A stretch of DNA of 64,000 bases from an uncultured Pseudomonadota bacterium. GTDB lineage: Bacteria; Bdellovibrionota_C; UBA2361; CALMIO01. Shown here one piece after another: positions 20,622-30,801 of this stretch (position 1 is its first letter; every line of letters starts with the position of its first letter). The notes beneath the pieces were generated by a model. That model was not told the DNA's origin. It made no database searches and was given only the letters and a program-made list of their open reading frames with translations. The position numbers and the translations under genes are program-made. Location of the stretch: positions 14,673 through 78,672 of the forward strand of contig CALMIO010000003.1 of NCBI GenBank assembly GCA_937864035.1. The letters are read 5' to 3'.

Positions 20622-22274
20622 ATGTCAGCTGTACAATCTAGTACTAGTATTAGTAGGAAGATCCCACTGCCGATAGTTTCTTTTGTCGTTAATCAAGAAA
20701 AGGACTCAACTTTCAATTATTGGTTGCACAACGATCCGCCATTATTATCATTATTGAGTGATAGTTTTTTGGCATTTGCCGCTTGCGCACCCAGCTCTGC
20801 TGATCGCAAAGCTCTCTCTAGTTCGCTAATCGAAGATTTCAACCGGATGTTGTCAGCATTGATGGTCGCTTATCGACATTTAGAATTAAACAATAAAGAT
20901 ACTCAAGCTCCTTGTTTTGCCGCCGACATAGAAGCGGATCTACTGGAACACCCTTATTTGGTTCGCGATTTGCCCCGATTTAACAGAGATCTTTTCAAAA
21001 GCTATATTGAGCTTATACGAGAAAAACAGACTCCTCCACTTATAAAACTACTTTTTTTGGCAAGTTTATCTAACTGCGTGGATAAGATGGTTGATGAACA
21101 AGTATTTACAGATCGAAACATAAAAAAGATCTCAATCGCAGAAATTCAGAATGAAAAATCTCTTGCTAAAGCCGAGATGGTGTTGATTGAAGGATATCTT
21201 TTTTTTGTTCATAGTTTGTTTCAAACGAACGAATCGATCCGGGTATCTCGTTTAATGGAAAGAAATTTATTTATGGTTATTGCCGATCATACGATTGATG
21301 AAGATTTGCGTCTTAAAGCGGCTTCGCTTTTAATAGACCAAAACTATGATTTAACTGGCATTATTGATTCCTTATTAGGAGATTATGGCTCTGTTGCCGT
21401 CAATAGGCGAGGCGGCGCGGCGCGTCAACAATTTGCTAATCGCCATTTTGTTTATAAATTATTACTAATCTGCCCTGAAGAAAGGAGAAATTGCTCGGAG
21501 TTAATTACCTTAGAGCGATTAGCCGCCGAGCCCGATTTGTCGATCAAATTCAACATTGCCACTTTAATGCTTATAGATAAAAATGACACCGTTAATGAGT
21601 TGGCTAGATACCTTTATTATTTTGATCAATTTCATGATCAATCATCTAGTTTAGCGGCTTTTTCTAAACCAGATCTTTTCACTAAATATATTTTGTTTGG
21701 AGCAGTTGATAATAAGGAGAAAATCTCTGGCTTCTGGCAGCAAGAGCGTATTGAGTTTTTTGCCGATCAGTTAACACTTGATCAACAGTTTGGGGTCTAT
21801 AATTTTTTGCTGGCGGCGATCAACAATCATATGTCAAGAGGTTATTATTTCCCTTCATACAACGATCTTAAGCAGGAGGATTGGGTAGCACATTTTGAGG
21901 ATGCTATTAATATTATTCTCTCTTTAAATAAAATTAAAAATGAAGATTTATTTTTAGCGGGGTTATTTCGTCTCGCGATTAATACATATAGCTATGGTGT
22001 TTACCAACAATTTGGAAAAATTTCGAATTTTTTTACCGAGCTGGGTCTAAATCGGACTCGTCCTTGGATTAAAAATTATCTATTGCCCTTTGTTATTGAG
22101 CAGTTTAAGGGTGAGTATTCTCAAGCAATTTACAATCCAGAGATTGTTTATAAGGTGTTCATTGAGATTGCCAATACGCTTAATATGCCGGATGATTTGG
22201 TTGGGCCGGTTTATCAAGCGAAGGCTTATTATGATTCTTTGCAGGCAGGTCGAGTCAGATCAAGAAAGTCATAA
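20622..22274 (+). CDS. Hypothetical protein (550 aa), predicted all-alpha, no family recognised
   Basis: Long uninterrupted ORF flanked by AT-rich non-coding DNA (167 bp upstream, 415 bp downstream). No TM helices and no catalytic motifs recognised. Confidence 0.65.
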   Translation: MSAVQSSTSISRKIPLPIVSFVVNQEKDSTFNYWLHNDPPLLSLLSDSFLAFAACAPSSADRKALSSSLIEDFNRMLSALMVAYRHLELNNKDTQAPCFAADIEADLLEHPYLVRDLPRFNRDLFKSYIELIREKQTPPLIKLLFLASLSNCVDKMVDEQVFTDRNIKKISIAEIQNEKSLAKAEMVLIEGYLFFVHSLFQTNESIRVSRLMERNLFMVIADHTIDEDLRLKAASLLIDQNYDLTGIIDSLLGDYGSVAVNRRGGAARQQFANRHFVYKLLLICPEERRNCSELITLERLAAEPDLSIKFNIATLMLIDKNDTVNELARYLYYFDQFHDQSSSLAAFSKPDLFTKYILFGAVDNKEKISGFWQQERIEFFADQLTLDQQFGVYNFLLAAINNHMSRGYYFPSYNDLKQEDWVAHFEDAINIILSLNKIKNEDLFLAGLFRLAINTYSYGVYQQFGKISNFFTELGLNRTRPWIKNYLLPFVIEQFKGEYSQAIYNPEIVYKVFIEIANTLNMPDDLVGPVYQAKAYYDSLQAGRVRSRKS

Positions 22275-22689
22275 TATTGACCGTTATCTTGCTATCTTTC
22301 TTTTTAAGGAGGGAACCTTGATTTAATTAAAAGAGGGGGATTTTATAGCTGAAGCTGTATTTGCGTTATTTTAGAAATACTTAGAAATAATTCCCTCTAA
22401 ATCTTGATTTATTTAGTTGATATTGCTAAAATATTACCCCTCTGTCTCTAATATCCGTCCCGCCAGATAACTTTTCTTTCTAGCGGTGTCGATTTGTTTT
22501 TGCGATAACTTGCCCGCGAAAAAATCACTAGCTTGCGAAAGCCTAAGTGATTTGTAGAATTCGTTGGCATCTAAAATAAAAAACAAAAGATCAAAAAAAG
22601 AGAGATTAGTAAAGAAAAACGTTTGCGGCTTGATGGGGCGGGGATGTTAAAGATTGGGTAAAATTTTGCGGCGTAGTTAGTATATTAAT

Positions 22690-22905
22690 ATGAATGAGCA
22701 GAGAGGTGGTATAATAGCGGGTATATTAGGTTTGCCCGATTATATTCGCGAGAGTGTTGCTGAATTAAAAAAAGTCGCCTTTCCGACTAAGAGAGAGACC
22801 GTACAAGCCGCGCTCGCCACTTTCGTAATTATAGCTTTTTTTTCGATCTGTATATTTTTATTTGATCTAATCTGTCAGTGGTTAATTACTCTATTGATAG
22901 GTTAA
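22690..22905 (+). CDS. secE: Preprotein translocase subunit SecE
   Basis: 71 aa with a single C-terminal TM helix (ALATFVIIAFFSICIFLFDLICQWL). Its position immediately upstream of nusG is conserved. Confidence 0.85.
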   Translation: MNEQRGGIIAGILGLPDYIRESVAELKKVAFPTKRETVQAALATFVIIAFFSICIFLFDLICQWLITLLIG

Positions 22906-23003
22906 TTTAATTAAATGTCGGTTTACGGATTGATATAGTGAGTAGGGGCGCAATTTAATGTTTTTTACTTTTTTAAACGTCTTTGATTGAGACGTAAAGT
23001 TTT

Positions 23004-23552
23004 ATGGTTACTGAAAATAAGGAGAAGCGTTGGTATGTTGTGCAAACGCACGCAACTTTTGAGTTGCGTGCAAAAGAGGCTCTAGAGGAGCGTATTCGTA
23101 AACACAATATGGAAGAAGCTTTTGGCGAGATTCAGGTTCCGCAAGAAACTGTGGTTGAGTTGGTCAAAGGGCAGAAAAAAACCTCCTCTAAGAAGTTTTT
23201 CCCCGGTTATATTCTCGTGCAGATGGCGATGAATGAGGATACTTGGTTATTAGTAAAAGATACCCCTCGTATTTTAGGTTTTATTGGCAACGCCAAAGAT
23301 CCTGAGCCGCTCGAGCAAGTTGAGGTTGACCGTATTTTGAATCAAGTTGCCGAAGGTAAAACTTCTCCGCGGACAAAGATGAATTTTGAGAATGGTCAAT
23401 TGGTTAAGGTAATTGATGGTCCATTTATGGATCTTAGCGGCGTGATTGATGAGGTTAAACAAGATAAGGGCAAACTTAGAGTTTTAATCAACATATTTGG
23501 CCGCTCAACTCCGGTTGAGTTGGAATTTGGACAGGTTATTAAGGCAAGTTAA
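23004..23552 (+). CDS. nusG: Transcription termination/antitermination factor NusG
   Basis: 182 aa. NGN domain (WYVVQTH...FPGYILV) and a C-terminal KOW domain (GQLVKVIDGPFMDLSGVIDEV). Confidence 0.95.
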   Translation: MVTENKEKRWYVVQTHATFELRAKEALEERIRKHNMEEAFGEIQVPQETVVELVKGQKKTSSKKFFPGYILVQMAMNEDTWLLVKDTPRILGFIGNAKDPEPLEQVEVDRILNQVAEGKTSPRTKMNFENGQLVKVIDGPFMDLSGVIDEVKQDKGKLRVLINIFGRSTPVELEFGQVIKAS

Positions 23553-23569
23553 TTTTTTAGGAGAGTTTT

Positions 23570-24034
23570 ATGTCTAACAAAGCGCCAGCCGCTCCAGCTG
23601 CTGGAGGTAAGGGGAAAAAAGAGGTTACGGCAATTGTCAAGTTGCAGATACCGGGCGGTCAGGCTAATCCTGCTCCACCGATTGGACCTGTTTTGGGACA
23701 ACATGGTGTTAATATCATGGAGTTTTGCAAGCAATTTAACGCCAAGACTCAGAAAAATCAGGGTGAGGTTACACCAGTTATCCTTACGGTTTATAAGGAT
23801 CGCAGCTTTACCTTTGAACTTAAAACTCCTCCGGTTTCTTATCTTTTGCGCAAGGCGCTTGGAAAAGAGAAGGGTTCAGGCGTGCCAAACAAGGAAAAGA
23901 TCGGCTCTTTGTCGAAATCAAAGGCGATGGAGATTGCTAAGCTCAAAATGCAAGATTTAAATTGTAATGATGAGCAAGCCGCCTTTAGAACTGTTTGTGG
24001 GACTGCTCGCAGTATGGGAATTGATATTCAATAG
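23570..24034 (+). CDS. rplK: 50S ribosomal protein L11
   Basis: L11 signature ([25 protein letters not shown]) with an N-terminal A/P-rich extension. Confidence 0.95.
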   Translation: MSNKAPAAPAAGGKGKKEVTAIVKLQIPGGQANPAPPIGPVLGQHGVNIMEFCKQFNAKTQKNQGEVTPVILTVYKDRSFTFELKTPPVSYLLRKALGKEKGSGVPNKEKIGSLSKSKAMEIAKLKMQDLNCNDEQAAFRTVCGTARSMGIDIQ

Positions 24035-24075
24035 GGTTGCGGCGGAAAGGATCTTTAAAATTATTCGGAAATTTT

Positions 24076-24789
24076 ATGTCGAACAAAGATAGAAAATTAA
24101 AAAGCAAACGGGTTAGATCTCTCGTGGCTAAATATGATCAATCAAAAACTTATAGCCTGCAGGAAGGTTGTCAGTTGGTTGCTGGGCTTGCGAGCGCTAA
24201 ATTTGATGAAACAGTAGAAATTGCTCTAAAGCTTGGGGTTGATCCTAAAAAATCGGATCAAAATGTTCGAGGAAGTGTTCCTTTGCCAAATGGTTTGGGT
24301 AAAAAAATTAGAGTACTTGTCTTTGCGAAGGGGGAAAAAATTGCTGAAGCGCAAGGAGCGGGCGCCGATGAAGTTGGTGGGGATGATTTAGTTGAAAAGA
24401 TTCAAAAAGGTTTTTCTGATTTTGATGTTGTAGTCGCAACCCCTGATATGATGGTAGCTGTTGGTAAAGTGGGCAAGGTTTTAGGACCGCGAGGATTAAT
24501 GCCTTCTCCTAAAATTGGCACAGTTACTTTTGATGTGGGCAATGTGGTACGTTCTTTGAAATCGGGACGAGCGGAGTTTCGGGTAGAAAAAGCAGGAATT
24601 GTTCAAGCTCAACTTGGAAAAGCATCTTTTGGAGCGGAAAAAATCTATGAGAACGCGCAGGCTTTAATTGCCGCTGTTAACAAGGCCAAGCCTAGCACCA
24701 GCAAGGGTATTTATTTGCAGTCGGCCAGCCTTTCGCTAACAATGAGTCCATCGGTTCATTTAGATCCGGCTCCGCTAAGGAATATTTAA
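24076..24789 (+). CDS. rplA: 50S ribosomal protein L1
   Basis: L1 motifs ([12 protein letters not shown]; [14 protein letters not shown]). The ATG at 24076 aligns with the canonical L1 N-terminus. The track ORF uses an upstream TTG at 24037, which would add 13 residues. Confidence 0.93.
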   Translation: MSNKDRKLKSKRVRSLVAKYDQSKTYSLQEGCQLVAGLASAKFDETVEIALKLGVDPKKSDQNVRGSVPLPNGLGKKIRVLVFAKGEKIAEAQGAGADEVGGDDLVEKIQKGFSDFDVVVATPDMMVAVGKVGKVLGPRGLMPSPKIGTVTFDVGNVVRSLKSGRAEFRVEKAGIVQAQLGKASFGAEKIYENAQALIAAVNKAKPSTSKGIYLQSASLSLTMSPSVHLDPAPLRNI

Positions 24790-24858
24790 GTGAGGTTTTG
24801 TATTATTGATTTAATAACAGCATAGATAGGGAGAGAGTTTTTCAAAAAGAGATATTTT

Positions 24859-25401
24859 ATGGATAAGCAGGCAAAAACAGATATTATCTCACAGATAGAA
24901 GCTAGTTATAAGGCGGCGCAGCTTACTCTTTGTGCCGATTATCGGGGTTTGACGGTGGCTCAAATCACAAAACTGCGCAAGGAGATCAGGGCTGTTGGCG
25001 GCAGAGCTGTTGTTGTCAAAAACACCTTGGCTAAATTGGCTACTAAAAATATTGCTCAAGTGAGCGGTGATTCGGCTGCAGCCGAAAAATTTCATGCTCT
25101 TTTTAGTGGACCTAGCATGATTGTTTTTGGCGTTGCCGATCCAATTGCGCCCGTTAAAGCGATTGTTAATTTCGCGAAAGAAAACGAGAAGCTCAGCCTC
25201 AAGGGGGGTTGGTTTGAAAATACTTATATTGATAGCGCTGGCTTAGAAGCCCTTTCGAAGCTTCCAAGCAAGGAAGAAGTTTTGGCAAAGCTTTTGGCTT
25301 TGATCAATGCGCCAGCAGTTCAGCTGTTAAGGTTGCTGAAGGCTCCGGCTGAACAAACGGTTAGAGTAATTGAAGCCCAACGTAAGAAACTTGAAGGATA
25401 G
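24859..25401 (+). CDS. rplJ: 50S ribosomal protein L10
   Basis: 180 aa with L10 features (RGLTVAQITKLRKEIRAVGG..VVKNTL) and a C-terminal L7/L12-binding helix. Confidence 0.95.
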   Translation: MDKQAKTDIISQIEASYKAAQLTLCADYRGLTVAQITKLRKEIRAVGGRAVVVKNTLAKLATKNIAQVSGDSAAAEKFHALFSGPSMIVFGVADPIAPVKAIVNFAKENEKLSLKGGWFENTYIDSAGLEALSKLPSKEEVLAKLLALINAPAVQLLRLLKAPAEQTVRVIEAQRKKLEG

Positions 25402-25453
25402 ATTTTGAGGTAGATTTTTATTTTGATTTTTCTAAAATAAGAAAGGAGAAAAA

Positions 25454-25846
25454 ATGAGTGAAACAAATGTAACTTATGATCAGGTTAAAACCTTTATCAA
25501 GGGCATGACGCTGACACAAGCCGCTCAGCTTGTTAAAGAACTTGAGGATGAGCTAGGCGTATCAGCCGCTGCTCCAGTTGCTATGGTAGCTGGTGGTGCG
25601 GCAGCTGGTGGTGCGACTGCCCAAGCTGAAGAGCAGACCGAGTTTGCTGTTCATCTTGATGCGGCTGGCGAAAATCGAGTTGGCGTTATTAAGGTTGTTC
25701 GCGAGATGACAGGCCTTGGCTTGAAAGAGGCTAAGGATCTAGTTGACGCGGCTCCTAAGCTAGTCAAGGAGGGCTTGCCTAAGAATGAAGCCGGAGATTG
25801 GAAGAAAAAACTTGAGGAAGCAGGCGCGAAAGCCTCTGTTAAGTAA
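25454..25846 (+). CDS. rplL: 50S ribosomal protein L7/L12
   Basis: 130 aa. N-terminal dimerisation domain, Ala-rich hinge ([17 protein letters not shown]), and C-terminal domain ([21 protein letters not shown]). Confidence 0.96.
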   Translation: MSETNVTYDQVKTFIKGMTLTQAAQLVKELEDELGVSAAAPVAMVAGGAAAGGATAQAEEQTEFAVHLDAAGENRVGVIKVVREMTGLGLKEAKDLVDAAPKLVKEGLPKNEAGDWKKKLEEAGAKASVK

Positions 25847-26306
25847 GAGGTTTTTTCGTTTTGAAAGCGGCAATTTTTATAAGTTTGGTTAAATATCTTA
25901 TTTTGCCCTAATTTTGTGGCTTAGGGGTATCTCTTGATTTTTTAACTGAAATTTATGATAATTGATCTTTCATGCCTTTTGTCTTGGGGAGTAATTGTTA
26001 CTTCATAATACTTTAGGGATTGCTAAGCTGGTGTTTAGTCTTTGTTAAATAAAACTCTCTAACTGGAATAAATTTTTTTAAGTTGCTTGCTTTTTTGATC
26101 TATTTAGATTTTGGCAAGCGATTATAACTTTTGATTCTAAATCAATGGTTTGATCTTAAGTGTTGTGACCAAATATTCCGATGGTCGCAAGTGGTTTTTT
26201 AAATCACACTTTAACTTTGATTTGAATCATTAAGATCTTTTAGACCAAAGAGATTTTTTGCTAAGTCGTCCCAGCTTATTTTTTAGTTGCAGATATATAT
26301 CGCGCT

Positions 26307-29300
26307 ATGTCTAATAAAATTAAAACAAATTTTAGAGTTCGCCATAATTTTTCAAAGATACCAGAGTTAGTAGAGATTCCAAATTTAATAGGCATACAGA
26401 AAAAATCATACGACAAATTTTTACAGCTTAACGTTGATCCGGAAAAACGAGCTGATATCGGTTTACAAAAGGTTTTTAAATCGGTATTTCCAATCAAAGA
26501 TTTTAGCAACCGCGCTTCTCTTGAATTTGTTTCTTATACCCTAGGCGCTCCTAAATACGAGATTGATGAGTGTCGCGATCGCGGCATGAGCTGGGCTGCG
26601 CCATTGCGGGTAACGATTCAACTGGTGTTGTGGGACGTTGACGCTGAAAGCGGCAAGAGGAGTTTAAGCGCTCTCAAAGAAGATCTTGTTTACTTTGGCG
26701 AGGTGCCGCTTATGACCGAGCGAGGTACCTTTATTATCAACGGCATTGAGAAGGTGGTTGTCAGCCAATTGCATCGTTCGCCGGGAGTTTTCTTTGGGCA
26801 CGATAAGGGAAAGAGTCATGTTTCTGGTAAACTTCTTTATTCAGCGAGGGTAATTCCTTATCGGGGTTCTTGGATCGATCTTGAGTTTGATATCAAAGAT
26901 ATACTTTTTGCCAGAATAGATAGGCGTCGCAAGATGAACGCTACTATCTTGCTTCGATCGCTTGGCAAATCAATAGATGACATTATTTCTTATTACTATA
27001 AATTTGATCAGATCGCCTTTGGTAAAAGAGGTGTCGTAACAAAGGTCTTTAAACCGGATCAACTTGAAGGTCAAAAGGCTTACTCTGAAGTGAAAGCCGG
27101 AGGGAAGACTTTGGTTAAGGAGGGGGCAAAATTTAATCGTGCTACGATTCGACGAATGCAAGAGGCTGGCATTGAAGAGGTTGAGATTGATCCACAATCA
27201 CTTGCGGGAATGATCAGTTATGACACTATTATTGAAGCTGTCGAGGACATTTTACACCCCAAAAGTGGCTCAAAAATAATTGAAAAAGGAGAGGTTGTCA
27301 TTGGTTGGGAAGAGATCAAGGAGCGGTTGCATGAAGTCGTTAATACGCTTGATGAGGCTAAGGGACGCGCGCTCTGTGAAAAGCTCCGTGTTTTAGTCAG
27401 CGCTGGCCAAGAATTAACATTAGATCGCCTTAACACCAAAGGCGAGGTTGTTGAGCAAGGTAATGTTTCGCAGATTCGAGGGAAAGACATCAGCAGTTTA
27501 AGAGTAATATATTTAGATGAGTATCATATCGGTGATGGACTTCTAAAAACGCTTCTTTCCGACAAGATGGAGCCCGATCTCGGTGATATATACGGCAGGC
27601 TGATTGGCGCGCCGACAAGAGAGAGCTTAATTGAGATGTATCGCCGTATTCGTCCGGGCGATCCGCCAAGACCAGAAACTGCCAGCGCTTCTTTTAAAAA
27701 TCTATTCTTTAAACCAGAGAGGTATGATTTATCTGATATTGGTCGTTATAAGTTAAATTACAAACTTTACACCGCGCTTGGCAAAGAAGCTCCACCCCAA
27801 GATCTTGGGGTTTTAACAGATCGAGATATTATGGAAACCGTTCGTTATCTTTTGGAGTTAAAGAGCGGCAATGATCCTCAACGTTATATTGCGGATGATA
27901 TAGATCATCTTGGCAATCGCCGCGTTCGTGCGGTTGGCGAGTTAGTTGAAAATCAATTTCGCATAGGGCTTGTCAGGATGGAGCGCGCCGTGCGAGAGCG
28001 GCTTGGAATGCATGATGTTGATACTTTAGTGCCGCAAGATTTGATCAACTATAAACCAGTTGCGGCAGTCATTAAGGAGTTTTTCGGCTCATCTCAGCTT
28101 GCTCAATTTATGGATCAGGTTAATCCCTTATCTGAAATTACTCATAAAAGGAGACTGTCTGCTCTTGGTCCGGGGGGGTTGACCCGTGATCACGCGGGCT
28201 TTGAGGTGCGCGACGTTAACACTTCCCACTATGGCAGGATCTGTCCGATTGAAACTCCCGAGGGTCAAAATATCGGTTTGATCTCTTCTCTTTCAACTTA
28301 TGCTAGGGTTAATGAGTTTGGATTTCTTGAGACGCCTTATCGTTTAGTTAGCTCTAATGGGCGAGTGACTGATGATGTTGTTTATATGACTGCTCTCGAA
28401 GAGGAGCAGGAAACGATCGCTCAAGCCACGGTAAAGCTAGATAAAAAAGGAGCCATTTTAGAAACTTCGATACCGTGTCGTCGTAAGGGAGAGTATGTTT
28501 CAGTCCCGCCGGAAAACGTAACTAAGGTTGATGTCAGCCCTAAACAGATTGTCAGCGTTGCGGCCTCTCTTATCCCTTTTCTTGAAAACGATGATGCTAA
28601 TCGTGCTTTGATGGGATCTAATATGCAGCGTCAGGCGGTACCATGTCTTCGCAGTGAGGCTCCTCTTGTTGGAACTGGGATGGAGCAGGTTGTGGCAAAG
28701 GATTCGGGGGCTACTATTTTGGCGAAGCGAGCTGGTAGAGTAGTAAGCGTTGATGCCGAAAGGATTGTGATTAAAGCCGATCGTGTTTCTGATAACCCTC
28801 TCGACACTGGAGTGGATATTTATAATTTAGTCAAATTTCGCCGTAGTAATCAAGGAAGTTGTTTAAATCAAAAGGCTATAGTTCGTACTGGCGAACGGGT
28901 TAAAACAGGGGAGATTATAGCAGATGGTCCTAGCACTGATATGGCGGAACTTGCTCTTGGGCAAAATGTGTTAGTCGCTTTCATGCCGTGGAATGGCTAT
29001 AACTTCGAGGATTCTATTTTGATCAGCGAAAACTTGGTTAAACGAGATGTTTTTACTTCGATCCATATCGAAGAATTTGAGTGCGTCGCTCGCGACACGA
29101 AGCTTGGTAAAGAGGAGATTACCCGTGATATTCCGAATGTTGGCGAAGAGGCTCTTAAGAACTTGGATGAATCCGGCATCGTTCGCATTGGCGCCGAGGT
29201 TAAAAGCGGCGACATTATTATTGGGAAGATTACTCCAAAGAGTGAAACTCAGCTAAGTCCCGAAGAAAAGTTACTGCGAGCAATCTTCGGTGAAAAAGCT

Positions 29301-30770
29301 GGCGAAGTTCGAGATTCGAGCTACCGAGTTCCGCCCGGCATTGAGGGCACTGTTATTGGCGCGCAGGTTTTTTCTCGCAAAGGAGCGGATAAAGATGAAA
29401 GAACTTTGGCGCTTGAAAAGCGAGAGATTGGCAGATTGGAGAATGATTTTAAGGACGAAACAAAAATTATTAGAGAGACATCTTTTAGGGAGATTGTTTC
29501 TCTGCTAGTTGGCAAGCGCACGACCGCTAAGTTGCTCAACGAAAAAAGAGCGCAACTTTTAGCAAAAGATGTTGAGATAACAGAGGAGATTTTAAGCGAT
29601 CTGCCTTTTGAATACTTGCGCGACATACAGGTTGGTGATGATAAAATCAATGAAAATCTTAGCAAAATAGTCGTTCGCACCAGCCAGCTAATTAACGCGA
29701 AACGTGCCGCCCTGAATGAGAAGATTAAGCGGCTTAAAGAGGGGGACGAATTAGCGCCCGGCATTATCAAACTTGTCAGAGTGTTTGTGGCGATGAAAAG
29801 GAAGATCCAAGCTGGCGACAAGCTTGCTGGTAGGCATGGTAATAAAGGGGTGTTGGCGAAGATTTTGCCGCAAGAAGATATGCCATATTTAGATGATGGA
29901 ACGCCGGTTGATGTTGTTTTGAATCCTCTGGGTGTTCCTTCTCGTATGAATATTGGACAACTTCTTGAGACTCATCTGGGATGGGCATCGTATAACATAG
30001 GTAAAAAAATATCTAATTGCTTAAGCCGCATTATTGATCTGAAAACTGGTGTTGAGTGGTCCGATATTAACCCTAGAGATCGTGCCGAGGTGGTAGAAGA
30101 GCTGCGCCAGCTTCTTTCGCAAGTTTTAACCGAGGAGACAAACAGCGATTTACTAACAAAGCTTACCGATGAAGAGATTTTGATGGTTGCCAGCAAGCAT
30201 CTTGGCGGAGTCTTCTTTTCAACTCCGGTTTTTGATGCCGCTAAAGAGGGTGACATTGATCGTTTGTTAGCTCTTACCGGCAATGATCCAAGTGGCAAGG
30301 TTACTTTGTTTGACGGTCGCACTGGCGAACCTTTCAAGGAGGCGGTGACTGTTGGTGTGATGTATATGTTGAAGCTTGATCATTTGGTTGATGATAAAAT
30401 TCATGCCCGTTCGATAGGTCCATATTCGTTGGTCACTCAGCAGCCACTTGGTGGTAAAGCCCAATTTGGTGGACAACGTTTAGGAGAAATGGAAGTTTGG
30501 GCATTGCAAGCTTACGGAGCGGCTTACGCTTTGCAAGAGTTCTTGACTGTTAAATCTGATGACGTAACGGGTCGTACCAGAATGTACGAGTCAATCGTTA
30601 AAGGTGAACACATTCTTGAACCCGGCTTGCCGGAATCGTTTAATGTTATGCGCAAAGAACTTCAATCTCTCTGTCTTGATGTTAATCTGATAGAAGATGG
30701 TGAGGGATTAACCTCGCAACAGGCTATTGATCAACAAACTGGTATAACTTTTGAAGCGTCAACAAATTAA
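26307..30770 (+). CDS. rpoB: DNA-directed RNA polymerase subunit beta
   Basis: 1487 aa with conserved beta-subunit blocks ([25 protein letters not shown]; rifampicin-region [30 protein letters not shown]; NMQRQAVP). It is about 145 aa longer than the E. coli protein because of lineage-specific insertions. Confidence 0.98.
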   Translation: MSNKIKTNFRVRHNFSKIPELVEIPNLIGIQKKSYDKFLQLNVDPEKRADIGLQKVFKSVFPIKDFSNRASLEFVSYTLGAPKYEIDECRDRGMSWAAPLRVTIQLVLWDVDAESGKRSLSALKEDLVYFGEVPLMTERGTFIINGIEKVVVSQLHRSPGVFFGHDKGKSHVSGKLLYSARVIPYRGSWIDLEFDIKDILFARIDRRRKMNATILLRSLGKSIDDIISYYYKFDQIAFGKRGVVTKVFKPDQLEGQKAYSEVKAGGKTLVKEGAKFNRATIRRMQEAGIEEVEIDPQSLAGMISYDTIIEAVEDILHPKSGSKIIEKGEVVIGWEEIKERLHEVVNTLDEAKGRALCEKLRVLVSAGQELTLDRLNTKGEVVEQGNVSQIRGKDISSLRVIYLDEYHIGDGLLKTLLSDKMEPDLGDIYGRLIGAPTRESLIEMYRRIRPGDPPRPETASASFKNLFFKPERYDLSDIGRYKLNYKLYTALGKEAPPQDLGVLTDRDIMETVRYLLELKSGNDPQRYIADDIDHLGNRRVRAVGELVENQFRIGLVRMERAVRERLGMHDVDTLVPQDLINYKPVAAVIKEFFGSSQLAQFMDQVNPLSEITHKRRLSALGPGGLTRDHAGFEVRDVNTSHYGRICPIETPEGQNIGLISSLSTYARVNEFGFLETPYRLVSSNGRVTDDVVYMTALEEEQETIAQATVKLDKKGAILETSIPCRRKGEYVSVPPENVTKVDVSPKQIVSVAASLIPFLENDDANRALMGSNMQRQAVPCLRSEAPLVGTGMEQVVAKDSGATILAKRAGRVVSVDAERIVIKADRVSDNPLDTGVDIYNLVKFRRSNQGSCLNQKAIVRTGERVKTGEIIADGPSTDMAELALGQNVLVAFMPWNGYNFEDSILISENLVKRDVFTSIHIEEFECVARDTKLGKEEITRDIPNVGEEALKNLDESGIVRIGAEVKSGDIIIGKITPKSETQLSPEEKLLRAIFGEKAGEVRDSSYRVPPGIEGTVIGAQVFSRKGADKDERTLALEKREIGRLENDFKDETKIIRETSFREIVSLLVGKRTTAKLLNEKRAQLLAKDVEITEEILSDLPFEYLRDIQVGDDKINENLSKIVVRTSQLINAKRAALNEKIKRLKEGDELAPGIIKLVRVFVAMKRKIQAGDKLAGRHGNKGVLAKILPQEDMPYLDDGTPVDVVLNPLGVPSRMNIGQLLETHLGWASYNIGKKISNCLSRIIDLKTGVEWSDINPRDRAEVVEELRQLLSQVLTEETNSDLLTKLTDEEILMVASKHLGGVFFSTPVFDAAKEGDIDRLLALTGNDPSGKVTLFDGRTGEPFKEAVTVGVMYMLKLDHLVDDKIHARSIGPYSLVTQQPLGGKAQFGGQRLGEMEVWALQAYGAAYALQEFLTVKSDDVTGRTRMYESIVKGEHILEPGLPESFNVMRKELQSLCLDVNLIEDGEGLTSQQAIDQQTGITFEASTN

Positions 30771-30801
30771 TTTTCTGGTTTTTATATACTAAAAGGTAAA
30801 G

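Noticed and set aside
22275-22689. Searched the leader upstream of secE for the tRNA-Trp commonly found there
   Set aside because: No cloverleaf-compatible sequence found on either strand: no GTTCGA/TCGAAC T-loop with matching acceptor stem. Only a 7-bp inverted repeat (AATCACT..AGTGATT, about 22528-22557) of unknown significance.
23634-23960. 108-aa alternative-frame ORF inside rplK
   Set aside because: Overlaps ribosomal protein L11 in a different frame. L11 is unambiguous.
29047-30476. Multiple short ORFs on both strands inside rpoB (29047..29256, 29290..29508, 29321..29821, 29776..29988, 29972..30337, 30267..30476)
   Set aside because: All are embedded in the rpoB frame, which is conserved end to end. 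They are spurious.
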